DNA from: an uncultured Hellea sp.
GTDB lineage: Bacteria > Pseudomonadota > Alphaproteobacteria > Caulobacterales > Maricaulaceae
Length of the DNA stretch: 64,000 nucleotides
Assembly: GCA_964472905.1 (NCBI GenBank)
Contig: CAYYMI010000001.1
Coordinates: forward strand, 9,663 to 73,662
Direction of reading: 5' to 3'
The position numbers were made by a program, and so were the translations under genes. Of this stretch, positions 11,052 through 20,128 are shown one piece after another (the first letter of the stretch is position 1; the number at the start of each line of letters is the position of its first letter). Under the pieces are notes generated by a model. The model saw nothing but the letters and a program-made list of their open reading frames with translations, did not search any database and was not told the DNA's origin.

Positions 11052-11621
11052 TCAATAAGCCCTATATGTCGGCGCTATATCGGTCAAATATCGGCTTAAA
11101 TCATTAGGTGTATTAATATTATAAAACAGCGTTTCGTCCGGCCATATAACATGACGTGCCTTACACAACCGCGAAATGTGCCCTAGAGAAATAGAGTTAT
11201 CGGAATTTAAACTCTCAAATACCTCTGTCAGGTCATCATATAGCCACCACGCAAATGTTTGATGTGTCCCATTAGGTGTTGTAGCAATAGCGCTCTTATT
11301 GCCATATAACCGTTCACACAGGTTCTCTGGAATATGCGGCGCATCAACAGGTACTGTAAAAAACCCAGCTTCTGTCGTTTGGTCTCGACATTTCCATATT
11401 GAATATAAGGCCCCAACCGGACCTTTGGGGCCATTAGGGTCATCAGATATGACCTGTAAGCCCGTATTATAATCCTGTGGTCCAGAAATGATGACTTCAT
11501 TAACCTGATGTTTGAATGCTTTATAGACGTGAAAGATAAGGCTTTCTCCTCCCACAGAGATTAAAGCTTTATCCTGCCCCATACGCTTACTTTTACCACC
11601 AGCAAGAATTACGCCTTTCAT
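11052..11621 (-). CDS. mobA: Molybdenum cofactor guanylyltransferase
   Basis: GVILAGGKSKRMGQDKAL, GP--G, VPVDAP, FYNINTP; GGAG before the ATG at 11621. Confidence 0.85.
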   Translation of the reverse strand: MKGVILAGGKSKRMGQDKALISVGGESLIFHVYKAFKHQVNEVIISGPQDYNTGLQVISDDPNGPKGPVGALYSIWKCRDQTTEAGFFTVPVDAPHIPENLCERLYGNKSAIATTPNGTHQTFAWWLYDDLTEVFESLNSDNSISLGHISRLCKARHVIWPDETLFYNINTPNDLSRYLTDIAPTYRAY

Positions 11622-11719
11622 TTTAATCTCCAAAACATCATTCCTAACGCAATACTATTCTCTTTGTTTTGGAGCAATCATAGATAAATACTCAGTTTGT
11701 ATTTTATAAACCTTATTAG

Positions 11720-11773
11720 GTAAGCGTGGATTAATCTTCATTTTCGAAACAAGGCCTGTAAGTTTTTCTTAAC
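11720..11773. promoter_or_regulatory. Two CtrA-like boxes upstream of the RTX gene
   Basis: GTAA-GCGTGGA-TTAA (11720-34) and GTAA-GTTTTTC-TTAAC (11758-73), each one mismatch from TTAA-N7-TTAA; the AT-rich background lowers significance. Confidence 0.35.
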
Positions 11774-11849
11774 CAATTTTATTGGGATATTTTCAATGCC
11801 TAAAATCTAATTACGTCTCAAACACCAGTTCAAAATGTTAGGATAAAAC

Positions 11850-14651
11850 ATGGTTGGGAATATCATTGGCACGGATGCTCATGAAGAAATTTTTGGCACC
11901 GATGAGGACGATACAATAGTTGGGCTGTCTGGCTACGACACCTTAGATGGTGGTGAAGGGTCAGATACCTATATCGTGAACGCTGCTGACTTCGTTGATA
12001 GATTTGTTGATTTTTATAATGACAGCGGAACTGCAGGCACCGATACTATATTAGCTGCAGAAGCAAGTATCGATATTGGTATCGGGTCAGGTTTTGGTTC
12101 AGATAGCGGAATTGAAGCGATTGACGGTATAGAAGGCTCTCGTATCGTTGGTGACAATGACCAACAAATTTGGGATTTTTCACAGACAAGTATTACGGGT
12201 GTAAGTGGTATTTTTGGCAATGGCGGAATGGATTTCATTACCGGCACAAACTTTGCTGACACAGTCTATGGAGGTTCAGGTTCAGATACACTGATTGGAG
12301 GTGGCGGAAACGATACTTTGTCAGGCGGTGCTGACTCAGATTTCATTGAAGGCGGTAATGGTAGAGACACAATTCATGGCGACGATGCCCATGATACAAT
12401 TGACGGTGGGAACGGTAGAGACACTCTTTATGGAGATGCCGGACATGATATAATTAACGGCGGCAACGGTAGTGATTTTATCTATGGCGGTGAAGGTCAT
12501 GACACCATTAATGGAGGCAACGGAGTTGACCGTATTACGGGCGGTGAAGGCTTCGATATATTAGACGGTGGCGAACATGGTGACATATATTATGTCGGTT
12601 TAGAAAACAATGGCTTCGTTGATACCTATATCGACACAGGTACAATTGGAACTGATAGAATTTTCGCAACAGAGGACGGCACAACTATTGGCCTAATTAA
12701 TGGTTTTGGAGAATCCAGCGGGATTGAAATTATAAGTTCTAGAGGCAATGCAAACGTTACAATTGGCGGAACAAACGACACAGAAATATGGGATTTTTCT
12801 CAAACGAGACTAAGTGGAATTACATGGATTAATGCTCTTGACGGTCATGATGTTGTTACAGGAAACACTCAAAGTAATCGTATAGATGCTGGAGCTGGTC
12901 ATGACATTGTTAATGGCGGCGCTGGAAATGATCAACTTGTAGGTAATGATGGTCATGACATACTTAATGGCGATGAAGGTCGTGACCGGTTAGATGGCGG
13001 TAGCGGGGCTGACACACTAGATGGTGGCGCTGATGATGACATCTACCTGTATGGAACAGATTCAAATGGTTGGATTGACTTAATTAATGATAGTGGAACA
13101 TCCACAAGAGATAGAATAGTAGCTACAGAAGACAATGTGGAAATTGGTCTCCAATCTGATTTCAGTGCAGTTACTTCAGGTATAGAAATTATATCCGCAA
13201 GACGTCACGATAATGTAACCCTCGAAGCGTCTGATGAAGGTGTCAATTGGGATTTCTCAGATGTTCGTCTGAATGGTATTGCAGAAATTAATGGGGGAGC
13301 CGGAAGAGATATCATTCAAGGCTCTAGCCGCAAGGACGTTATTAATGGCGACGATGGCCACGACCAACTTTACGGTGGGAACGCTCAGGATACTCTCAAC
13401 GGAGGAGCAGACTCAGATTTTCTTTATGGAGAAAATGGTAGAGACACTCTAATAGGTGGATCAGGAAACGATATTCTAAATGGTGGTAGACATAGAGATA
13501 CCTTAACCGGCGGCGAAGGTTTTGATATTTTCGAATTCGGTCCTGATTCTGGCTCTGATATTGTTACAGATTTCGACGTAACAGCTGATTTAATCGATCT
13601 AACAGCCTTTGAAGGATCTATCACATATGAAGATCTTCAATTTGTACAGCTTAACACTGGTCTGAGGGTTATAATGGGCAGCAGTGTTGCTTTGCTCGAA
13701 AATGTATTCCTAGAAACCTTAAGCGAAGACCTCTTTATTCTTCCAGAGGCGGAAGCAGTTGTTATTGATGATATAAATGATCCAGAGCTTGAGATTGAAA
13801 TTGATCCAGTTGTAATAGAATCTGTTGATCCTGTTGTAGAAACAACAGATGGGCCTGTAGTGGAAGAGACTGATACCGTAATAGAAATAACGCCTCCTGT
13901 CGTTATTGATGCCCCTGTTATTAACGGCGGAGGTAATGGTAATGATGTCATTGAAGGTGGGTCAGGTAATGACACATTAGCTGGTTCGCATGGTGATGAC
14001 ACAATTAATGCCTATGCTGGTGATGATAACCTTGATGGCGGCAATGGGAATGATACTCTCAACGCAGGTGATGGCAATGACACACTTATTGGTTCACATG
14101 GCGCTGACATCTTATCTGGTGGAGCTGGTGATGACACCCTCGACGGTGGTAACGATAATGATACACTAGATGGCGGGACTGGAAATGACACGCTCATTGG
14201 CTTTAATGGCATTGATGTGCTTATTGGTGGCGATGGTGATGACATCCTCGATGGCGGCAATGATAATGATACCCTAGATGGTGGTAATGGAAATGATTCA
14301 CTTGAAGGATTTAACGGCAGAGATGTCCTTAATGGCGGCGCAGGTAATGACACCCTAAGCGGCTATAATGACGATGACATCCTGACAGGTGGTTCGGGAG
14401 ACGACATCTTAACAGGTGGTTTTGGCGCGGATAGTTTCGTATTTGACCAAGATAGCGGAACGGATCACATTACAGATTTTGAAACTGGGCATGACAGGAT
14501 TGATTTTACATCCTTCAATGGAGAACTTTCCTTTGATGATTTAGAATTCACTGTGACTGATACGGGTGTCAGTATTGAGTATGGCGATTCAACAATCATC
14601 CTTGACGATTTTGAAATCGACGCAATCACAGAAGATATGTTTATTTTCTAA
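11850..14651 (+). CDS. RTX (hemolysin-type Ca2+-binding repeat) protein, probable type I secretion substrate
   Basis: Dozens of GGxGxDxLx nonapeptides, highly acidic, no Cys, no N-terminal signal peptide, C-terminus ending EDMFIF. Confidence 0.92.
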   Translation: MVGNIIGTDAHEEIFGTDEDDTIVGLSGYDTLDGGEGSDTYIVNAADFVDRFVDFYNDSGTAGTDTILAAEASIDIGIGSGFGSDSGIEAIDGIEGSRIVGDNDQQIWDFSQTSITGVSGIFGNGGMDFITGTNFADTVYGGSGSDTLIGGGGNDTLSGGADSDFIEGGNGRDTIHGDDAHDTIDGGNGRDTLYGDAGHDIINGGNGSDFIYGGEGHDTINGGNGVDRITGGEGFDILDGGEHGDIYYVGLENNGFVDTYIDTGTIGTDRIFATEDGTTIGLINGFGESSGIEIISSRGNANVTIGGTNDTEIWDFSQTRLSGITWINALDGHDVVTGNTQSNRIDAGAGHDIVNGGAGNDQLVGNDGHDILNGDEGRDRLDGGSGADTLDGGADDDIYLYGTDSNGWIDLINDSGTSTRDRIVATEDNVEIGLQSDFSAVTSGIEIISARRHDNVTLEASDEGVNWDFSDVRLNGIAEINGGAGRDIIQGSSRKDVINGDDGHDQLYGGNAQDTLNGGADSDFLYGENGRDTLIGGSGNDILNGGRHRDTLTGGEGFDIFEFGPDSGSDIVTDFDVTADLIDLTAFEGSITYEDLQFVQLNTGLRVIMGSSVALLENVFLETLSEDLFILPEAEAVVIDDINDPELEIEIDPVVIESVDPVVETTDGPVVEETDTVIEITPPVVIDAPVINGGGNGNDVIEGGSGNDTLAGSHGDDTINAYAGDDNLDGGNGNDTLNAGDGNDTLIGSHGADILSGGAGDDTLDGGNDNDTLDGGTGNDTLIGFNGIDVLIGGDGDDILDGGNDNDTLDGGNGNDSLEGFNGRDVLNGGAGNDTLSGYNDDDILTGGSGDDILTGGFGADSFVFDQDSGTDHITDFETGHDRIDFTSFNGELSFDDLEFTVTDTGVSIEYGDSTIILDDFEIDAITEDMFIF

Positions 14652-14663
14652 CCCATCCCACCC

Positions 14664-14710
14664 TGCTATAGACAGGCTATGCTGAAAAAGGGCATAGCCT
14701 GTCTATGGCA
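14664..14710. other. Long inverted repeat/hairpin between the RTX gene and the permease, covering the permease start codon
   Basis: ATAGACAGGCTATGC (14668-82) is the exact reverse complement of GCATAGCCTGTCTAT (14692-706); 9-nt loop; extends 4 more pairs with one G-U. Confidence 0.8.
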
Positions 14711-16009
14711 AAGTTTTATACACCCCGTACAGCCGCGGCTGTCATTATTGCTAATATGGTTGGTACGGGTGTCTTTACATCACTTGGGTTTCAGGTCGCA
14801 GACATTCAATCTGTTTTCGCCCTCATGATGCTATGGATAATTGGCGGCATAGCCTCTTTATGCGGCGCAGCAACATATGCTGAATTAGGCGCAGCCTTAC
14901 CTAGGTCTGGCGGCGAATATAATTTCCTTGGACGTATTTACCATCCTGTTGCAGGGTTTATTTCAGGCTGGGTTTCAACTGTTATAGGGTTCGCTGCCCC
15001 CATAGCCGCTGTCTCATTAGCTTTTGGAAAATACACCACTGCAGCCCTGCCCGGAACTTATGGACCCGAAATTCAAAAAGGCCTCGCTTGCGGCCTCGTC
15101 ATACTCGTCACATACATTCATGGCAAAAACCGGAATGCGAGCGGCAAATTTCAATTTGGCTTTACGGCTATGAAAGTAGGATTAATCCTAGCCTTTTGCT
15201 TAGCAGCTTTTGTTTTACTACAGGATCCACAACCTATTTCACCCATGCCTCAATCTGGTGATTGGAATGTCATAACCAGCAGCGCCTTTGGCGTCGCATT
15301 AATTTATGTGTCCTACGCGTATACGGGTTGGAATGCAGCGACCTACATATCTGGCGAACTAGAAAACCCCCAAAGAGACTTACCCCGAGTCCTTATATTT
15401 GGAACCGGCCTTGTGATGTTACTCTATGTCCTTCTTAATTATGTATTTCTCTATGCGGCTCCAATGCATGAACTCGAAGGACAAGTGGAAATTGGTTATA
15501 TTGCCTCAAATCACATATTTGGAGAAACTGGCGGCCGCATTGCAGGCGGCATGTTATCCCTTCTTCTTATCTCTACAGTTAGCGCTATGACCTTAGCTGG
15601 ACCTAGGGCTCTCCAAGCCATAGGCGAAGACTTTAAAGCTCTTAATTTTCTCGGAAAAATAAACAAAAATGGCATTCCAAGAAATGCCATTTATTTTCAA
15701 TCCTCAATTGCTTTAATCTATATTCTGACGTCTAGCTTTAAGACAATCGTTGTCTTTGCGGGCGCGATGCTCGCTTTTAATAGCTTCTTGGCGATATTAG
15801 GGGTGTTCGTTTTAAGATACCGGGAACCCGATCTACCTCGTCCCTATAAGACATGGGGCTATCCCATAGTTCCCCTTATTTATCTGACGATAACAGCCTT
15901 TATGCTTGGCTTTGTTATTATCAACGAGCCGCACAAAGCCATTTTTGGTCTATGCGTAATTCTTTTCGGTATTGTTTTTTATGTCGTTTCAAAGCGCTTT
16001 AGCGCTTAA
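14705..16009 (+). CDS. APC-family amino acid permease
   Basis: IIANMVGTGVF, YAELGAALPRSGGEY, YAYTGW, EPDLPRPYK motifs; about 12 TM. Confidence 0.92.
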   Translation: MAKFYTPRTAAAVIIANMVGTGVFTSLGFQVADIQSVFALMMLWIIGGIASLCGAATYAELGAALPRSGGEYNFLGRIYHPVAGFISGWVSTVIGFAAPIAAVSLAFGKYTTAALPGTYGPEIQKGLACGLVILVTYIHGKNRNASGKFQFGFTAMKVGLILAFCLAAFVLLQDPQPISPMPQSGDWNVITSSAFGVALIYVSYAYTGWNAATYISGELENPQRDLPRVLIFGTGLVMLLYVLLNYVFLYAAPMHELEGQVEIGYIASNHIFGETGGRIAGGMLSLLLISTVSAMTLAGPRALQAIGEDFKALNFLGKINKNGIPRNAIYFQSSIALIYILTSSFKTIVVFAGAMLAFNSFLAILGVFVLRYREPDLPRPYKTWGYPIVPLIYLTITAFMLGFVIINEPHKAIFGLCVILFGIVFYVVSKRFSA

Positions 16010-16691
16010 ACGGAACGATCAGACCTTCTCGAACCGTTAGGACGCGATCCATATATTTGGTGAGGTCCATATTATGTGTCGCGACCAAAGCTGATACCCC
16101 TTCAAGGCGCGTTAAATCAAACAAGCTTTGAAACACACTCCCAGATGTAGCTGGGTCAAGGTTGCCTGTAGGTTCATCAGCCAGCAGGACTTGCGGTTTA
16201 TTAGCAATAGCGCGCGCAATGGCGACACGTTGTTGTTCCCCGCCGGACATCTGACTAGGTTTATGATGTCCGCGTTCGGACAGTCCCATAATACCCAAGA
16301 GACGACGCGACTCTGCATCCGCTATTTTAGGTGTAACCCCCGCAATCATTTGAGGAATAGATACATTATCGATAGCCGAAAATTCTTTTTGCAGATGGTG
16401 AAATTGATAGACGACGCCTATAGTTTCACGGCGAATAGCGGTACGTTCATCATCGGGCAGCTTTAGACATTCACGCCCATTGATAAACACTTCACCAGCA
16501 TTCGGTTTTTCAAGCAAGCCAGCGGCATGTAAAAGTGTGGATTTTCCTGAACCAGATGGTCCTATTAAACCCACCATTTCACCTGGGTAAATATCGATAT
16601 CTGCACCCGTTAAAACGTGAAGAGTCTTCGGGCCGGATTGATAAGACCGATGAAGATTGCGAACTGAAAGTATGGGGCGACCAGTATTCAT
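15999..16691 (-). CDS. lolD: Lipoprotein-releasing ABC transporter ATPase
   Basis: Walker [39 protein letters not shown]; follows lolC/E. Confidence 0.93.
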   Translation of the reverse strand: MNTGRPILSVRNLHRSYQSGPKTLHVLTGADIDIYPGEMVGLIGPSGSGKSTLLHAAGLLEKPNAGEVFINGRECLKLPDDERTAIRRETIGVVYQFHHLQKEFSAIDNVSIPQMIAGVTPKIADAESRRLLGIMGLSERGHHKPSQMSGGEQQRVAIARAIANKPQVLLADEPTGNLDPATSGSVFQSLFDLTRLEGVSALVATHNMDLTKYMDRVLTVREGLIVPFKR

Positions 16692-16700
16692 GATAACCCC

Positions 16701-18014
16701 CTACTCATACCTAAGGGCGTCAACAGGATCGACTTTAGACGCGTTCAAAGCAGGGAAAAACGTTGCGGCCGCTGAAATTAAAAAGCCCCAAAAAGCGACA
16801 CCAAAAACTTCTGACCAGACGATTTTAGCCGGTATGCCCCCTGACATTCCATAAACATCAGCTGGGAAAAGTTCAGTGCCCGTCACTGTTTCTATAATCC
16901 ACTGGATACCTCCAATATTGACACAAAATAAGATACCAAGAATAAGGCCAGCAAAAGTTCCTAAAATGCCGACCATAGCTCCGCACATAAAGAATATTCG
17001 CAGAATTCCTCCACGGGTTGCGCCGATAGTCCTCAGAATAGCGATGTCTTTTGATTTGTTCTTCACCAACATAATCATCGAAGCTAACACTGGGAATGCA
17101 GCAATAATGACAACAATCATGAATATAAACCGCATGGCAATTTGTTCAGTCCGTAATGCCGTAGCAGTTGTCGCGTTTCTATCTTTCCAGGTCGATAAAA
17201 ATACGGGCTCTTGAGACGCTTCTGAAACCAAATCACTCATCTGATCAAGAGCGTCGGGGTCTTTTAGTCTGAGCTGAATTTCACCCGTAACTTGTCCGCC
17301 TTCGAAAAGCTGAGTGGCTTGATCAAAGCCCATATATATATAGGTCTGATCTGTTACAAATAACCCGACTTCGAAAATAGCACCAATCGTGTAAACCTTT
17401 TTAACGGGTACAGGTCCTGTAATCGTTTGCCTGGTTCGCGGTGAAAAGATCAGCAATTTGTCCCCAACCGTTAAGCCCAATCCACTGGCTAATACTGCGC
17501 CAACTGCAATTTGATTTTCAGAGCCTCGACCTTGTCCAAAAAACTCTAAGCTTCCTAGTTGAACGCTATTTGCAATCAACTCATAATTTTGGAGGTTTTC
17601 TGTCGAAATACCGATAACCTGAGCCAAAGCAAACTGACCATTGGCTTGTACACCAGTATAGTTTTGAGTGAATTGAAAGGCCTCATCCACCCCTTCAACA
17701 TCTGCCAGACGGCTGGCTAATTGCCGAACACTTTCGGGCGTCGGTTTTGGTGAGCTTGAAGCGACATACATATGTCCTTCTGAGCCAACAGTTAGACGGA
17801 TCATATCGGAACGAAAGCCGTTCATAATCGACATAATTATAATCATGGCCGCAATAGCGAGCATAATACAAATAAATGAAATTGCCGCGATTAACCCGAC
17901 GCCCCCTTGGTTTTTCTTAGCTCTAAGATAGCGCATAGCAATCATGCGCTCGACACCGCCAAAAGGCTTGTTTTGCTTGCCTTCGTAAGCTGTTATCTCA
18001 GAATGAGCATTCAC
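16701..18014 (-). CDS. lolC: Lipoprotein-releasing ABC transporter permease (LolC/E family)
   Basis: IAMRYLR, SIMNGF, KSKDIAILRTIGA, C-terminal DPVDALRYE. Confidence 0.92.
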   Translation of the reverse strand: MNAHSEITAYEGKQNKPFGGVERMIAMRYLRAKKNQGGVGLIAAISFICIMLAIAAMIIIMSIMNGFRSDMIRLTVGSEGHMYVASSSPKPTPESVRQLASRLADVEGVDEAFQFTQNYTGVQANGQFALAQVIGISTENLQNYELIANSVQLGSLEFFGQGRGSENQIAVGAVLASGLGLTVGDKLLIFSPRTRQTITGPVPVKKVYTIGAIFEVGLFVTDQTYIYMGFDQATQLFEGGQVTGEIQLRLKDPDALDQMSDLVSEASQEPVFLSTWKDRNATTATALRTEQIAMRFIFMIVVIIAAFPVLASMIMLVKNKSKDIAILRTIGATRGGILRIFFMCGAMVGILGTFAGLILGILFCVNIGGIQWIIETVTGTELFPADVYGMSGGIPAKIVWSEVFGVAFWGFLISAAATFFPALNASKVDPVDALRYE

Positions 18015-19346
18015 CTAAATAACACCCTCGTATTCAGATATAACAAAGTTTATGGCCTCAGTCGGCGATAGGTTCTGACGTTCTCCAGTTGCGCGGGTTT
18101 TAACTTCAACGATACCCTCCTTAAGACCTCTAGGTCCAACAACTAATTGATAAGGAAGTCCTATCAAATCCATTCTAGCAAATTTCTGGCCGCCGCGATC
18201 ATTCTTATCATCATAAAGAGGATCAACACCTGCAGCTGACAGTTTTTGATATAAATCCTCACATGCCGCGTCAGCTTCGTTATCTCCAGATTTAAGATTG
18301 ATAATACCGGCCCCAAATGGCGTCACTGATTTTGGCCAAACAATTCCGTTATCATCATGGCTGGCCTCGATAATGCCGCCAACAAGACGAGACACCCCAA
18401 CTCCGTAGGATCCCATCATGACGTTAACATTTTTACCATCTGGCCCAGTCACTTGGGCTTTCATAGGAGCAGAGTATTTATCACCAAAATAGAATATATG
18501 TCCTACTTCAATACCGCGGGCAGATAATTGCTTATCAGCAGGTACTTTGGCAAATTCATCTGCATCGTGTTTCTCATCGGTAGCTGCATATAGAGATGTG
18601 CGTTCATCAAAAACGGCTTTTAACTCATCCTTCGTCTCAAAATATCCTGGGGCTGGCATATCAACGAGGTCTTTATGGCAAAACACTTCGCTCTCGCCAG
18701 TCTCTGCCAAAATAAGAAACTCATGAGATAAATCCCCCCCAATTGGCCCAGTATCAGCCCGCATGGGGACAGCTTTCAGTCCTAATCTCGCATAGGTATT
18801 CAGATAAGCCACGAATTGTCTGTAGTAAGTTAGCCTTGCAGCCTCGGGGTCGACATCAAAGCTATAGGCATCTTTCATCAAAAACTCGCGTCCGCGCATA
18901 ACACCAAACCGTGGGCGTCTTTCATCTCTGAACTTCCATTGAATATGATAAAGACTTTGCGGTAAGTCCTTGTAAGACCTCACATATGAGCGGAACATGT
19001 CGGTAATCATATCTTCATTTGTGGGGCCAAACAGAAGCTCTCTATCGCCACGATCGGTTATCCGGAGCATTTCCGGACCATAGGCATCATAGCGTCCTGT
19101 TTCTTTCCAGTGATTAGCTGATTGAATTGTTGGCATCAGCATTTCAACAGCGCCCGCTTTATTCTGTTCTTCCCGAACAATCTGTTCGATTTTTTTCAAG
19201 ACTTTAAACCCGAGCGGCAGCCAAATATAAATGCCTGCGCTATCTTGCTTTACCATTCCGGCGCGCAACATATATCTATGGGACGCAATCGTCGCATCCG
19301 CTGGCGTTTCCTTCAAAAGCGGTAGGAAATAGTTAGAAAGGCGCAT
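18015..19346 (-). CDS. proS: Proline--tRNA ligase (short type without INS editing domain)
   Basis: [47 protein letters not shown]. Confidence 0.97.
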   Translation of the reverse strand: MRLSNYFLPLLKETPADATIASHRYMLRAGMVKQDSAGIYIWLPLGFKVLKKIEQIVREEQNKAGAVEMLMPTIQSANHWKETGRYDAYGPEMLRITDRGDRELLFGPTNEDMITDMFRSYVRSYKDLPQSLYHIQWKFRDERRPRFGVMRGREFLMKDAYSFDVDPEAARLTYYRQFVAYLNTYARLGLKAVPMRADTGPIGGDLSHEFLILAETGESEVFCHKDLVDMPAPGYFETKDELKAVFDERTSLYAATDEKHDADEFAKVPADKQLSARGIEVGHIFYFGDKYSAPMKAQVTGPDGKNVNVMMGSYGVGVSRLVGGIIEASHDDNGIVWPKSVTPFGAGIINLKSGDNEADAACEDLYQKLSAAGVDPLYDDKNDRGGQKFARMDLIGLPYQLVVGPRGLKEGIVEVKTRATGERQNLSPTEAINFVISEYEGVI

Positions 19347-19422
19347 TGAATAGAATCCGTTACAATTTGAAATATAGGCTTAAACACTTGTAAGGGATGC
19401 CACAAGTTCGCGTGTGAGTGGA

Positions 19423-19695
19423 TTACGTTTTATTTAATCCCAAAATACTTGCCATTTGATCCCAGCTTATCACCCCAGACCAAATAATAATTGAAACCAC
19501 AAGCCATATCACGCTCGCAACTATCGTCGTTAGTTTGAACTTATTTTTAATATTAGAGTCTACAGGTGCCCCAGGCTCTGATCCTTCTACGACCTGCCCT
19601 GCCTCAGCTTGCCCCCGAACGCCTAAAGGTAGAACGATAAATAGCGTCATCCACCAAATCAGAAGATATGACACAAAGAGAGAGAATGGAGACAT
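19423..19695 (-). CDS. DUF1467 family membrane protein
   Basis: WW--LF-VLP-GVR-Q-E, GSEPGAP; conserved position between mce and proS. Confidence 0.85.
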   Translation of the reverse strand: MSPFSLFVSYLLIWWMTLFIVLPLGVRGQAEAGQVVEGSEPGAPVDSNIKNKFKLTTIVASVIWLVVSIIIWSGVISWDQMASILGLNKT

Positions 19696-20127
19696 CTAAT
19701 GCCCATCACCTTTGGGAGTTTCCATTAATTCTATCAATATCCCTCCAGCATCGGCCGGATGAAGAAAAACTACGGGAGTCCCGTGTGCGCCAATACGGGG
19801 CTCGTTCAAAACGCGCATACCTTTTTTTGCCATCTCAAGACTAGCTGCATTAATATCTTTAACTTCAAAACAAATATGATGCTGACCACCTTTAGGATTT
19901 TTCTCTAAAAATTTCGTAATAGGCGAATTGTCCCCATAAGGCTGTATCAATTCAACCTGGCCGCTCGGTAGGTTCACAAAGGCATAAGTCACACCTTGCA
20001 GTGGCAAATCTTGTGGCTGAGTTATATCAGTCACACCAAATACATCGCGGTACATGGCTATGGCGGCTTCTATATCGGGAACCGCAACGCCAATATGATT
20101 TAATGGTCCGAGAAAACTATCATACAT
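19696..20127 (-). CDS. mce: Methylmalonyl-CoA epimerase
   Basis: LNHIGVAV, GGQHHICFEV, GAHGTPVVFLHP, LIELME. Confidence 0.93.
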   Translation of the reverse strand: MYDSFLGPLNHIGVAVPDIEAAIAMYRDVFGVTDITQPQDLPLQGVTYAFVNLPSGQVELIQPYGDNSPITKFLEKNPKGGQHHICFEVKDINAASLEMAKKGMRVLNEPRIGAHGTPVVFLHPADAGGILIELMETPKGDGH

Positions 20128-20128
20128 A

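Noticed and set aside
13424-14353. Antisense S/P/L-rich ORFs within the RTX gene
   Set aside because: Expected mirror of GGxGxD repeat codons
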